A stretch of DNA of 64,000 nt from Podarcis muralis (taxonomy: Eukaryota), in contig NC_135655.1 in NCBI RefSeq assembly GCF_964188315.1, positions 107,446,001-107,510,000 of the forward strand, written 5' to 3'. The translations under genes were made by a program, and so were the position numbers. The notes under the pieces were generated by a model. The model was not told where the DNA came from. It ran no database searches and worked only from the letters and a program-made list of their open reading frames with translations. Position 1 is the first letter of the stretch; every line of letters starts with the position of its first letter. Positions 48,442 through 62,646 of this stretch are shown here, piece by piece.

Positions 48442-51400
48442 TAATGAAAGAAAGATAGGCTTCTTAGTTATCTGCTATAAATAAGTGAAATATTTTCAAT
48501 ACAAAGGTAAAAAATTATTATCAAACATGATAATAAATGCTTAGTTTGCTTTTAGGTGCTATAGAAATATGTTAATACTAAGAAAGTGAACAAATGCAAT
48601 TTCTTGAACAAACTTTATCCAATTAAAATTCATTACACCTTCAAATAAACCTCATCCAGAAAAACTATGAATGTTTTCAGGCTGAAAGAATTTTATTTAT
48701 AATACATTTCTTTGCTAAGCGAAGATGAAACCAGAGAAAGGTACAAAGCTGGGCTTTCCATGATACGAACCCTACCATCCAATTCACTAAAGGAATTGGA
48801 GTAGGCCATGGGATTCCCTCAAACAGCATCACATAATCTACCAGATGCAGCTGTCCTCTATATCTGTATTATAGGATCTTTTTTCCTTTCTTTCTATTTG
48901 TATCACCTTGATTGCCCTCTATCTCAAAGTTGCACCAAAGCAGAGAAAGCGAGATTGGAGAGAAAAGAAAAAAGGAACTACTACAAAATTGAATGGAAAA
49001 GAAGCAGTGGGTGGGGAGTGGGGGAGAAGGACACAAGCAAGAATAAATTTCTGTTTTATATATAATATATAAAATACACAAGGATTACAGTATCTAACTC
49101 ATAACACACATTCCTACACACGCACTCACACATACACATATATATTCATTCAGAGTCAGAGCGTGTTGTACACTTACATCAAAGTTCTGTAATTCCAAGT
49201 ATAAGTTGTAGGAGGAACTTTGTGGAACTTGGGAAATCAAAGACCAAGAAGGCGTTATATTTAATGTATGGCATTTTATTCATTTGCATTTTGCAGGGTT
49301 TTACCTGAATTGATTTAGAGCAGAGTGAATTAGCTGGAATCTATGTAGGCACCCAGTATCTATTTTCTAACAAATACTGTAAGCATTTTGGAAGTCTCTT
49401 GTCTACAGAATTTAATGCAAAGAGTAACAAGCATGAACCTATCTGAGTTCATATATCTAGATGTGAATTTACAGTTCGCTGTACTTCAGCTGATCATCCT
49501 AGCTTTAAATTAAAGAGTGGTGCTACTCTATGCCTCTAATTTCACCAAGTGCATATGAGTTTTCTTTGGAATATTAAATTTTTGTTAAGAGTGACTGCTG
49601 CCAGGCTAACCATCACTCATTATGCCTTGGGAAAAGCTGCTTATTTGCCCCCTCCCTCCTTTTTTTACTTAGGAAGGCTCATAATACTTTAAATTTAGAA
49701 CAGCTTCTGTAAGTGACAATTTATCCCAAAACCACTTTTAAAAAGGTACATGATTTTTTTGCCTCTCTATATGTATGCATTCCTTGCTAATTGAAGGGGA
49801 TGAATTCTAAAATTCAAAATTTGCATCATGCAAATCCTATGAATTTATTATTAAGTTGTCTTCTGACAGTTCTGCCATTTGAATTATTATTCTCTAACAT
49901 TTATAAAGTTGTTGATTGTGTATAAACAAAAGTCCTAACGGAGCAGTTATTTGCAGATAGGATTAAAACACAAAGCTAGCCTTGAATGAACAGAAAGGTA
50001 TGTGATATAACAAATGGTTGGAGGGTATGGGCTGATATTTAAAGAGGCAAGGTTGTACAAAGGTACCTTTGATGGGCTATTTTATGTTGAGGATAACCAG
50101 CTATGACATTTCTTTTAAAAGGTCTGGATTGCTAAAGAGGGAATGCCCTAAATTCATGGATGAGAACTACTGCTGAGCATGAATGCTTCTTTAATATTTT
50201 GACTATTTTTGAGGGAAAGACATTCATGCTAGAAATGTTTTTTCACTAAATCTCCATTGAATGCTGAGCACTTCCAAGATCATTTACAAAGCATACTCTT
50301 CTTAAAATGATTAAACTGCCTTTCGCCATGCTTTCAGTGATATAAGGCTCAGCAAGGCTCTAGTGCCCCACAAGCTAAGAATTTTAAATGACAAATAAGA
50401 GAACAGCATCAGCTCCGGGTAATTACAAACTATGACTTCACCTAACCTTACAAGGTTGGCTGTTATTGGGCACCCTCTTTCCTAGTGAAAGTCCAATTAT
50501 ACATTCCCTTTGAACTTTACAGACCTATCTAGCCTTGGTTTCCAATATGCTATCAAGTTGAGGCCAGAGTTATAAATCCATTTCCTATCAATCATTTTAT
50601 TTTACGGAGACCGATCTGCCTGACCTCATATCGTATCTTGAGTGCTCAAATTAGGGAAGCCATTTCTCCCAAAGTAGAGAGCTGCCCATTATTTGTATAT
50701 GTGCTAATTCTTTTAAATAGATGTAAATGAGGCTGGCATGACAATTCCTAGTACTTTGTTTAGGAAGGAGATAAAAACAACTAGGAATTTGATCCAGAAT
50801 TTGCAGCTTGAGTATACACTATGGATTTATATCATGTTTGGTCTCTAGGGCTTAGATTAGTTGACATTGATATTTTACAATGTGTAATTTTTAAAGAAGC
50901 AAATAAACATTCCATAAATAGTCCTCTTCATAAGTTTTCGAACTCTTCCCAGGCAGCAGATGCAATGGGCTAGTAGCTGAAAGGATCAGCTGGTTCCTAG
51001 CAGGCATTACTTTTCTGGCTTCTGTATGAGTACAGGCTGTCCTTTTTTTCTACAAACCTCTCCCCAACCTCTCCTCTCTTTGTATCAGAATAGCAGCAGT
51101 TTTCTTCTGCTCCTTAAATAAACTTGCAGCTCAGTCATACATACAAGAAAAATGGAAGCAATGTTCACTGTGTTTTGGACTAGGGTATCAAGGTGCACTC
51201 CTAAGCTTTCTTGTTTGACAATAAATTGTGTTAAAATAAGTGGGATTCAATTCTCAATGAGTGTGGTGTTAGCATCAGGAGGTATCTTAATTTTAGTCAG
51301 AGTTCAGTGTCATCATAAAGGTTTGGGCTGAATGTATGTGCTGGTCTCTAAAGTAGGAGTACAACCTTTGTGCTAACAAACTGATGCTTTCTTGTTCACA

Positions 51401-53255
51401 TTCTTTAAGTCTTTCTTACAAAAGACTCCATTGACAATTTTCAAACTTCCCAAAACAGATTTGCCTAGATAGTCTCCTGTAACAAAGGAAATCAAATTGA
51501 AATAAAGAATCGTTCTCGGTGTTGACTGCAGGCATTTCAGATTTAATGGCAGCCCACGTCTTCTCAGTGCCTCTCACAGAGAAGAGATAATGCATGTGAA
51601 GAGAGGCAAAATTGCAGGTTTAGTCATGTCAAAACTTGATATATGCCAAAATAGAGATCTGAGATGTCAGCAATAGCAAAATAAGTGACAAGTGTTAAAC
51701 TACCCAACAGAAGTAAATTCTGTAATTATTTACCTCTGTAGCTATATCAATGTGTGCTAATCTGTTGTGCACACCCATAGTTAAAGCATGCCAGACACCA
51801 AAATAAAATCTCTTTGCTCTCTCTCTATATCCAGGGATATGCTAATAGTGACTTGTCATTCATCGAGATCTGACTTTTGTCAAGGGGGAAAAAAAAGAGT
51901 AATAAAACTGAGGTGCCACAATACTGCATTGCAAGTAAACACAGCACCAGCAGAGAGGGCATTGGCTCAATATGCTGGGAGCTCCAATACACCATCATCT
52001 GCAAATGGACAACTTTAATTCGATTCCTGGCACTGTTGGCCATGCTGAGAACTCTCTCTCTTCCCAATAGGGGTTTGCTCTTTTAAGCATTGCTCCCTGA
52101 AGGGAAGGAAAAACCAGAGAAAGGATTTCCAATGACCCAGCACAGATGAATGGATGTGTCAATGGTGAATATTGGTTAAGCTTTGAAATAGGGAATCCTG
52201 CAGTGGTCTTTCAGCTTCATTCCCCCACTAGTGACTGCCACTGTGGACTTCAAATGTTGTAGGAGCCTTTAGGGGACAGGCCATAAATGAAAAACATCAA
52301 TAAAATTGTTTCATTAAAAAAGAAGAAAGAAATAATAATAAGGGCATTTTTCTGACTCCATACTTTTGAACATTTTTCTGGATAATTTAATAAGAGATGT
52401 TCATCTTAAGAATAGTCTAGGTATTCTCACAATTTACAGGAGATACAGTGGTTCTTACCTAGACTGTCTGCATTAAATTGCTTCATTAGTAATTAGTGTA
52501 TTCTACTTTTTTTGTAGCCTGGATGTAATTCTAGTCATGCAGTTGCCTGGTCACATTCTCTGCCAATATCTTATTAATTTCTCTTTTTATTAGCTTCTCA
52601 GAAATACACAAAATAAAGTAAGCAGTAGCGATTTTCATTTTTCCAGACTACATCATCTTGCAATTGGTTTAAGCACACAAAATATACTTCCTTTTCAGCA
52701 TGCTTTATGGTTCGCTTTCCTCCAGTTATCAATCAATCACTCAGTGGCATGATATAATTTCCTAATCATACTAATATTCATGCTTTTATCACTATTAAAC
52801 CCAGAGCACATGCAATTCAATAAGACAGAAGTCTAATTATTTAAATATGGTGTAGTACAGCATTTCTCTTAAGGCCATTTATTTTATGAGTTTTTATCCC
52901 TTTTTAAAAATTTATTCTGCAAAGTGAAATAAATAAACAAATATCATAACCCTCCAAGTAAATAGTGCTTGCTCTTTCAATTTCCAGTAATGACAGCATT
53001 TTGTATATTTTCATACAAATTGTTCCCCCAATTGTTAATGAGAAGAATTCTATTAAATAAGTAGTCAGAACCTAAACTGGCATTTTATTTGTAAATAAAC
53101 TAAGGTAAAATCCTGTGCTTCCTGGAGTCTTTATGTGATATAGAACTAAGAGCTTGCTAAGCACTAAGAGGATCACCTGCATTTCTTCTTTCCACACTTC
53201 CATTATAATGTGTGTAGTGAGTTCTGTGTATCTCATTTGTTATTATACTTATGCA

Positions 53256-53635
53256 AGAGAGCGGGTGGCACTGTGGTCTAAACCACTGAGCCTCTTGGGT
53301 TTGCTGATCTGAAGGGCAGCGGTTCGAATCCCCACAATGGGGTGAGCTCCTGTTGCTCTGTCCCAGCTCCTGCCAACCTAGCAGTTTGAAAGCACACCAG
53401 TGCAAGTAGATAAACAGGTACCGCTGTGGCAGAAAGGTAAATGACATTTCCGTGTGGTCTGGCTTCTGCCACAGTGTTCCGTTGCGCCAGAAGCAGTTTA
53501 GTCATACTGGCCACATGACCAGGAAAGCTGTCTGTGGACAAACGCTGGCTCCCTTGGCCTGAAAGCGAGATGAGCACCGCACCCCATAGTCGCCTTTGAC
53601 TGGACTTAATTGTCCTGGGGTCCTTTACCTTTGCC
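53256..53635 (+). mobile_element. Full-length Sauria SINE (lacertid POM/Squam1-like)
   Basis: tRNA-like head (gcgggtggcactgtggtctaa...ggttcgaatccc), typical body (tgccaacctagcagtttgaaagcac...gtcatactggccacatgacc) and tail tcctttacctttgcc. Perfect 13-bp TSD ttatacttatgca at 53243-55 and 53636-48. Confidence 0.92.
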
Positions 53636-54530
53636 TTATACTTATGCATTATAGATCATAATGAGTGTTCTAATAGCTTTCATGGAATTGCTAAAATACT
53701 TATGTGAGATCCCAAAGATCTGTAAATGCTTCCTAATATATAACTACACCATGCAGTGGCAAAGATGGCAAGAAGTACTATTTGTTGGGGTTCAATCAAT
53801 TTGTGCCACTGTTAAGATGCTATTTCTCAATCCTCTATGCTGTTGTGCCTGCATTATATTTATGGAATATAAAAATCTTTATAATTTCCCAGAAAAAAAT
53901 AAAGTTTACTATACCAAATAATGAGCTGCATAAAACAATTTTAAAATCAAACAATTAAACATATATTTGTAAATATTTAGAAATGGTAAAGAGCTTATTG
54001 TCTAGGCCTGAGCCATAATAAATTCTAGCTCAACAAAACTTTATACCAATATAAACTTACTTTGCTGGCATACACCAATTTTCTGTTCTTTTAAGGGTTG
54101 GTGCTATAAGAATATCAAAATACTGATGCACTTAAATGCATAACTGCACCTGCTGAGCTCCCCTGCTTCTTTGAGAATAAGAAAGGGAGTATGCATGGAA
54201 GGGGTAGGGGTTAGATTATGCTAATCTACAAAATGGATCTCCTTGGAGCAGAGATCACATAGTGGTTCACAGGGCTAAAGTGAACTAGTAAAGGGAGACC
54301 TTATTTAAGAAATACTAGGCAATCAGGCCAAGATCCAATTAAGCAGTTTTGGTAAGCCCAAGAGTTTGGGCATGCCCTGTGACATTTTAATTCCCCGCCC
54401 TTTAACAGAAGACTTCAATTCCATATCACAAACTGAAGTCTATTTCAATCTAGCTTCAAGCCTTATTTCAGCACCAGGACAATCAGGCACCCTGACTGAT
54501 AACCTTTATCTCAGAAGGGTATGCAACCCT

Positions 54531-55125
54531 CTTATTTTTCCTTTATCTCTCTGCATCTTTTGATACTATGGGGTCCTTTTGGAGTGGTTCTGGAGGTCTG
54601 GAGCACCATGTTATAACGATTTTGTGATCAATATCAGAAAGCAGCACTGGATGACTTCTGCTCAGCCGCCTGACTGTGGGGTACTGTGGGGTCCTTTAAG
54701 GTTCCATTCTTCCTCTGATGCTATTTAATGTATATATAAAACCACTGGAATATGTCAACCAGGTATATGGAGCATAGGGTCAGCAGTATGTAGATGACAC
54801 CCAAGTTCTTCTTTCCATTCCATATGAATTGGGAGAGACTTTGCCCAGAAGCTGGTCCAACAACTAGAGGCAGTAATGGACTGGATAAGAGTCAGTAAAT
54901 GGAGACTAAAGCCTGGTATGATGGAGGCACTGATGATCATAAGATGGAGGCACAGATTGTGGCTTCTGGGTCCAGGAGTTGACCTGTTGGGGATTGTCTT
55001 GAACTTGCAAACATGAAGTAGCAGCCTGGGGATGCTCCTTGAGTAAACATTGTAATTTGAGGCTCAGGTAATGAGAAGTGCCTATTTCCAGCTTCAACTG
55101 GTTTATCTGCTACAGCCATCCTTGC
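54531..55125 (+). mobile_element. Degenerate L2 (CR1-group) LINE, reverse-transcriptase core fragment
   Basis: Translates with breaks to LYLSASFDTM...CGVL*GSILPLMLFNVYIKPL...QQYVDDTQV, corresponding to the L2/CR1 RT motifs LDLSAAFDT, GVPQGSILSP-LFNIY and QYADDTQL. Confidence 0.82.
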
Positions 55126-55970
55126 TGTTTCTTACTGTTTCCAAACTATAATGCAAGTAAGCTGTGGGGCATCTTTTTGATGTATTGTCCCTGGATTTCT
55201 GGGTGCCAAAGTGGGTGCCACAGTATCCAGAGATCCTAGTTGTGCAGTTCTTTAGTTCAAGATCATGAGTTTCCTTCCTTTTTGAACATCATGCAGTGCA
55301 CTAAAGAAATGTTAATTGTCAGTACATACACATTATTGTTTCGCAAGTTATTATTAGAAGAAGCTCCATGGGTAACCACCAGCACTTAGGTGAAGTGTTA
55401 TTACTCACAGAAAATATATGAAGTGTTGCAGAGCCTCAATATTTCTAGAACACAAAGCTACATTATCAGGCCTGACTGATTATCCTCTAACAATACCCAA
55501 ACAACATAAAACCCTTAGGGTGCACTGGTGTCAACAGAACCCAAACTGCAATCTTAGAGGAAGATCCTTCAATACTGAATTAACATTTATAAATGTAACA
55601 TGCAGGTTTCTTGATATTAATTGAAGCAAGTCATGCATTGGAATGGTCATGGACACATTTTAAAAAGGACAGTATGTCCTTTAAAAAGGACAGACTGTTA
55701 ATACTATTTATTGAGAACAATAAACAGAAATTATTTGAGCCAGGAAACATGTACTTGAGCTAGCAAATATTTATTTTTATTTATGTGTTTATCTATAACA
55801 TGATTTCAGTTGAATATCTTAAAAATAACCTGCAATATCTTAAATGACAACGTATACACTTGTTAAATGCATTATTCAACTGAGCTGTAGTCCAATCCCA
55901 ATGACTGACTTTGAAATCTTATTTCAGTGAACACAATTCCAATAAAATTCATGGTTCTAAAATAGTAACA

Positions 55971-56040
55971 TAAGGCTGCATTTACCTAGGAGTAAATCCC
56001 ATTAAATGCAATTTCTGAGTAGACATATATAGGATTGCAC
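55971..56040. repeat. Same palindromic MITE-like family
   Basis: taaggctgcatttacctaggagtaaatcccatt...ttctgagtagacatatataggattgcac. Confidence 0.55.
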
Positions 56041-57975
56041 AGGATACAACTGCTGCTTAGACACAGATATAAAATTTCTAGAAATTTTGAAACCATGGAA
56101 TAATTTGTTTCTGACAAAAATTCAATTTGGGGAGAATCAGTTTCTGAGGCATACCTACCATGAAGGAACAATGCCACCTAAAAACAGTGTCTCCCAATTC
56201 CAGAGATACTGTGGCAGAAGGAAATGAAAGCCACCAAGTGGTCCAGAAAATCAATAGGACTTTTCTCCCCTGCCCATTGCCCAGCACAGGTAATCTACCC
56301 TAGGAACTAAGGCTACTTAGTCACAAAACAGAATTGGAATTTCATGGGAAAGGAGTGGCTGAAGAACTAAAGAGCAGCTAACCAAATAGTACAATATCTT
56401 ACCTCAAAAAGTGATGTACTCACTAATTTAAAAGATAAACTCTTTCATAGGCGGAGTTATTCAAATTTCCAGAAATTTCCATTGAAAATATTGAAAAGGA
56501 AAGGTCTCAGAATAAATAAAAAAAAAATGGGGGGGAAAGAGAATTCCCTCCTCTCCACCCCCAGGCCATCACATCTCTACTCTTGTCATCAAATCAGCAG
56601 GTGACTTTAGATCATTCGCACACTCTACAAAGAACAGGAAAGCCAAGCACCTCAGACAAATATATAAATGAGAATAATTAAATAAATCATTACCTTGAAG
56701 CACACACTATAAAAATCAAATCATGGAGATTTCAAGTAGGCAAAAATAGTTACTGCATTGTTTTTTTCATCCTACACCAGAAACCATTCAGTGGACATCT
56801 CTGTCCATGCATACTTGCATACCTCTCCACTTCTCCATATTGCACATAGTTTATAAAGCTCAAATCAGGAGCTCCTCCATTTATTTGAATGCAGCAGAAT
56901 CTGCCTGATCCTGTAAAGCCCCTTCCTGAAAACAGGGCCCAAAAGATCCCATTCAAACAAACACTGAAATCCCAAGACTGAGTGTTGTTGTTTTATAAGA
57001 ATTTCACAATTAGGCACTCAAGTAGAGTTGAGAACTCTCTTTAGAATTATTGCCAAGACTAGGCTTCTTTTAGGGCCTAAGCTTAACTACCAAACAAAAC
57101 AGCATAAAGGAAAATGAAACTACAGTAACAGCTCTGCCCCAAAGGGCCATCTCAAAATTGCTAAATAGTTAGAGAACCTCCCCCAATACCAACATATGCG
57201 TATCAGAATATAAAATGATGTATGTACTTTGAGAGAGTGGAGAAGGAAAACATAGATACCCAGAATCTGCCTTAAATCTCAAAAGAGCATAGGAATGCTA
57301 TGTGGGTGGGTTGGTGGGTGGTGAGCACCAGCCTAACAGCCTTTTGGTGCCATTCCTTTGCTGTGTGCTAACTTTAAAAAGAAATGCCTTCACATGGCAG
57401 GAAAGGTGATTTGCTGTGCTTTGGACAGATACAGGGGCTAAAAGGTTCTTCTCCCACAGTTCCTTTCTGCAGAGTGAATAATTCAGGAAAATTCAAATGA
57501 GATGGCTTCCATTTGTCTCCTACTTCCTCTTCAGACTGCTTGACAGCCACTGCTTAAGTGTCACAAACCCTCAGTCATTAGCTATAACAGTGCACAGATG
57601 GAACAATATTTGCTCTGTCATTGGCATTCAATTAGGATGATGCCAGCTCTAAACATTAAGCCAGTTAAACTACGCTTTAGGCAAAGCACAGCCCATAATT
57701 TGAGCTTGTAAATTATCACTTGGAATCCTGATTTATCTGGGGTTTGATGTAAGGTACATATTATGTTTGTATATATAATTACATATATAAAAAAGAACTG
57801 CAGTCAAGTTTTTGGTTTTTCTACCAATAAAAGTGACGCTGTGCTGCCTTTACCATCATGTAGGTATAGTCCAAATTCAAATAACAAGCTAGAAACTACA
57901 TATCAACAATTTTATTTGCAAAAGTAAATAAAGAGACCTGCCCACATATATGCCTCTGACTGGCAGTAAGGACTA

Positions 57976-58144
57976 CCGTATTTTTCCATCTATAAGACAC
58001 CCCCATGTATAAGACACCCCTATTTTGGGGGACTCCAATTCAAGAAAAAAATTGTGTATTTTACTATCCGCGTATAAGACGCCTCCAAATTTTTGACATT
58101 ATTTTTAAGGGGAAAAACCTAGTCTTATACACAGAAAAATATGG
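57976..58144. mobile_element. Tc2/pogo-type MITE
   Basis: About 23-bp imperfect TIRs (ccgtatttttccatctataagac / gtcttatacacagaaaaatatgg), TA duplication at 57974-75 and 58145-46, internal tataagac repeats. Confidence 0.8.
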
Positions 58145-58197
58145 TAATTCCTCAAGTGGCAATGAGTGATTTTATTCACATTACTACAAAACATGTA

Positions 58198-58305
58198 GGT
58201 TAAATTTCTATACCACCCTTCATTTGAGGATCACAGGACAGTTTACAATATACAAACACAAAAATACATACCATAGTAATAAACAAATCAATACCCCCTC
58301 CCCAC
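58198..58305 (-). mobile_element. L2-type LINE 3' end (second subfamily)
   Basis: ttctataccacccttcatttgaggatcacaggacagtttacaatatacaaacacaaaaatacat; a related tail occurs at about 61925-61980. Confidence 0.5.
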
Positions 58306-58381
58306 AATTTCTCGGTTTCTGGTTATACATTCTAAGCCTAGCAGCTATCTTGGAACCATTCCTAAAAGCACAGGCCTAGAA

Positions 58382-58933
58382 CAAGGATGGGGAACTTTTT
58401 TGGCTCCACAGGCCAGATCCTTATCAGCCAGTGCTCACCTGTCGAAATCCCTTTCCCCCTGATTTTAAATTAGAAGCGGGGGCGGGGGAGACTTTGTGAA
58501 TCTCCTTGCCCCTTTATGATTACAGTGAGATCAGAGATGTGAAAGGAAAGGCAGGAGACTCACCCAGGCTTTTGCAAGCCTCCTTTCTCTTCCCTTTTAA
58601 CTACCCAATCTCAGGGATTTAAAGGGGAAGAGGGAGGAGGCTTTATGAGTCTCCTGCCCTAACCAATCTCCTGTCCCCCCCTTCTGTCCCTATCTCAATC
58701 TGAACTCACTCTGATCTTTAAAATATGCTCATCAGCTGAATGAAAATTAAATCCTTCTGCCTAGGCTGCACAATCCTGTTCCATCCTGAGAACAGGGTGG
58801 CACAGGCAACAGAGCTTTACACTCATTGGCTGATGGGCAGGTGGGCGTAGTTTGGAGAAAACAGTATGGTGGGTCAACTTGGATCCCCTGGCACGCCAAG
58901 ACTGGATCATGGACCAAAGGTTCCCCACCCCTG
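58382..58933. mobile_element. hAT (Charlie-like) non-autonomous DNA transposon
   Basis: TIRs caaggatggggaacttt / aaaggttccccacccctg. Flanks gcctagaa / gcttaaag (5/8). Confidence 0.72.
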
Positions 58934-58986
58934 GCTTAAAGCATGCTCAGTTCAAACTTTTCTAAAGAAACATTTTTGCCTTTTGA

Positions 58987-59000
58987 CCACTAGGTGGCAA
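58987..59000 (+). promoter_or_regulatory. CTCF-like motif
   Basis: ccactaggtggcaa vs CCASYAGRKGGCRS, mismatch only at the last position. Confidence 0.42.
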
Positions 59001-60378
59001 CCACATAAACATATCTTACAGTTACCACTAGCAGTACTTTTGTGCACACATGGGAAGCCTGAATTCTCCTTTTCTCAACGCCTCACCATTTGGCGAAATG
59101 AATGATAGATTAGAAGCATCTCAAACTATGGAAAATCCAACATTCATTTCTTTAATTAGAAGCCAAATCATCTCTGGTTTGTAAGCAGGTCTACTGGTCA
59201 CCAATTTAGCTTCATTTGTTAAAACTATTAATATTCAAATATGTATTCATGCCACAGCAAGGAATACACACAATAAGCATTTAGGACTTGAGTTCATAGA
59301 TAAGCACCAGACTTCATAGATGAACACTAACAGACTCCACCCTGAAAATTGTTTAATGCATCAGACCTGGAGCAAGTTAATGAAACTTTTATCACCTGAA
59401 GGAATGAACAGTCTGAGAAGCTGTTGGTCTCCAGTACTCCTGTCCATCTATTTCCCCCACTTATGTGGGCAATAGGCCCAAGAGAAGGTTGTGGTTTGGG
59501 AAATACTGTTCTTTCTCTCCCTCCTTTGAGTCCTGCTAAGCACTGTTGCAGAAAGTGGCTAACATTTATTTTTGTACAACCAGGAGCATTTCTTCTAAAC
59601 AACAGTTTTCTTACAGTCTGCAAGTATATGAGAAATCATGATCTGCCTTCACACTAGGTTTGAGTAGGTTGTCAGAATAGTGCTGCCAACTGACCCACTG
59701 TGGCCTTCCTAGGGGAACTGAGCAGCTGCTTGGCTCTGGTGGGAGCCATTTAATGATTTCCCACAATGCAATGCCCTTGAGCAACTGGAGTGCTGCTACA
59801 CTGTACACATGCATCACTACTTTTCAATACTTGTTATCAAATTAACCATATAATCATCTCCCACATGGAACCAGTGTTTCACACACAATTTTATTGTCAT
59901 ACTTCTGTACCACTTTTCATCACACTGTGAGCAAAAGTGGTTCCAACATCACTTCAGATTTGTAAAACAGTTAAAAGTGCAACAATAATTTCAGAACAGA
60001 AACAAGAAGGAGCTCCAAAGTAAAAACAGTTCAAAAACCCAGAGCAACTTGCATCAATACTCAGGACCCCGATTATTCAGGGCTTTATACCAACACCATG
60101 AATACCAACACCATGAATATAGCCCGGTAACATGCATGTAGGTTAGGTTCCTCATCCATAATCAAATCATGGGATCATGGGACATTCATGAGGGCAAAGT
60201 GACATGGCTACCTAGGGGGATAGGGACAGATAGAGAATGGTCCAACAGAGGGGATAGCTTTGAAATACTGTATGTGCCACGTCTTCTAGATTCTTGAATG
60301 CCATATCTTGTTTGGTTTATTGAATTGAATTTATTAATAAAATATTATATTTACATCACTCACTCATGATATATCAAA

Positions 60379-60381
<3 letters not shown>

Positions 60382-60409
<28 letters not shown>

Positions 60410-60422
60410 ACACACACACACA
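60382..60422. repeat. (GT)n-(AC)n head-to-head microsatellite
   Basis: Seen directly. Confidence 0.9.
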
Positions 60423-60797
60423 TTTTTCCTTAAAAGAATACAAAATAATCACGTCTGGTTCACCTTGGGGGGGAAACAACAACTACTGAATAGGTCTGTC
60501 AATATCAAAAGTCTTCCAAAGATATTAGCACTAAAGATGCCTGCCAAATCTTCTGGAAGGGAATTCCACCACATTGGCCTAACAACACTAAGTGCTCAAC
60601 TTCAAACTGAAGACAGCTGAGCTTCTAAGATGCAGGAGACAACTAAGAGCACTCATTTGGATGATCTGAATAATTGAGCTGGGATATATACACTCAGGCA
60701 GTCCTTAAGATATTTAGCACTGTTGTTCCAGGCACTGTATATATAAGAAACGTGAACCTGGCTCAGTAGCATATGTGCATATGTTTTAGCAGAGGTA

Positions 60798-61135
60798 TCA
60801 CATGCTGCTGGCCATCTGTACCCATCTAGCCATTGCATTCGTCGCTAGCTGAAGCTTCCAGACCAGGCCCAAGGGCAGCTGCACGTACAGCACACTGCAG
60901 TAATCTAGTCTTAAAGTTACCGATGTGTTAATAACAGCAGCCAGACTATTCTCATTCAGATACAACATAGCTAGTGTACCAAACAAAGGTGGTAAAAGGC
61001 ATTCCACAGAATGGGCTTGAAATGACAAAGATGTATCCAGGTGTACCTCCATGCTATGCACCTGCTCCTTCAAGGTGAGCACAACTCTGTCCAGAAGAGG
61101 CAACTGGCCTATCTTCTAGATATGGAAACAACCTA
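60798..61135 (-). mobile_element. Degenerate L2 LINE ORF2 fragment
   Basis: LPLLDRVVLTLKEQVHS.EVHLD.SLS...LAAVINTSVTLRLDYCSVLYVQLPLGLVWKLQLATNAMAR. Confidence 0.8.
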
Positions 61136-62600
61136 CCCACAGCGTCTCCATCTTCCCAATGTTCAAACCCAATTTACTGGCCATCATCCAGTCCACCACT
61201 GCATTCAGAGCCAATGAGAGAGGGAGACAACTACCTCTAGTTCTGTCCCCATCCTCTCTGCTGAGTTCTACAAGGACAACACCAAGGAGGAGGAAACTGA
61301 CAGGAAGTCCATCCTCTGGACTGGATGTAAGAAAGAAGGCAGGCAGGTTGAAGGGTGGGGCAGAATGAGTTTGGTGGGGCAGTGCAATATTTGCCCTTAT
61401 AGACCAGCCTTCACTGCACTAGGGCAAAAACAGTGCCCTGCTGAACCTCATAGCACAAGTGTCGTAGAGCCAAAGAGGACTCTCCCATTACTACTCTGTT
61501 GATTCAACCGTACAGCTAGGAACAAAATCATTGTAATACAGTGTGTCTAGCACCCATCCTGAATGGTCAGTCCAGTGGCTAGAAAAGTAAGAATAGAAGG
61601 GTTGTACTCCCCCATCCCACTTTCAATTTTAAAGACCATTCATTAGGATGACCAGGACTGCTTCAGTCCTGAAATCAGGCCTTATCCCATGTTAAAATTG
61701 CTAAGAAACTATCAGGATGTCCTGGTCCTCCCTTCTTCCATATTTGTATGAGCCCAGCTATGATGGTATGAGCTCCTAAAGCATGTACTGTATGTGGTAG
61801 CTGTGGGCAAATAGTAACCAGCCTAAAATATTTATCACCCCCACCACATATTTTACAGGTGCATGACAGGGATGTATGAGGATTTTTAAAATAGTTGTAA
61901 TATTTTTATTTATTTTTAAAATTAAGTTTATATGCTGCCCTTCACCCACAGATCTCAGGGCAGTTAACAAAATAATAAAAGGGTGTTTTCGAAATTGTTA
62001 AAATACCATCGAGTTGCATCTTACACGCATGTAACTTGTGCAACTGCAGTTTTTCCTGCTTGGTGGCTGGTCAGCTGACATCGCATAAATTAAATGCATG
62101 CAAGGCAGACAGCTTAAAAGCTATTTCCGTGGCAGGAGAACCCAGTGCAGAAAGAGGTTTTAAGCTCTCATGCTTGCTTACTGGGCTCTGGAAGGCTCTT
62201 GTGAAATCTCGGATGGCCCCATGAGATATTGTAGGTGGTAAGGCCCATTTGGCATGCTGGCTTCACAAAGGTAAGGGTGCTCATGTGGAGGAAGTTCCAG
62301 GGTTGTTTTGACTATACATGGTTATGGCTTTACACACAATCCCCAGAACACAACCCCAACCAAAGCTGCAAGTTGATTGTATTTAGTTTACTTTATATTA
62401 ACTGTAATTTTAATTAAAAAGTGTAATTTTAATGTTCTTTCTAGTTTATGCACATAGGTACTCTTCCAGCCTTATTAGAAGCCATACTTCTTTATTTCTC
62501 TTTGAGTTGCAACATACAAATAAGAACTGGATAAAACATATAATAAATAATCAAGTGTAGCATTTTTGTTACTTTTACCTAAATTCTGGCTTGCTGTCAT

Positions 62601-62602
<2 letters not shown>

Positions 62603-62645
<43 letters not shown>
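62603..62645. repeat. (GT)21 microsatellite
   Basis: Seen directly. Confidence 0.92.
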
Positions 62646-62646
<1 letters not shown>

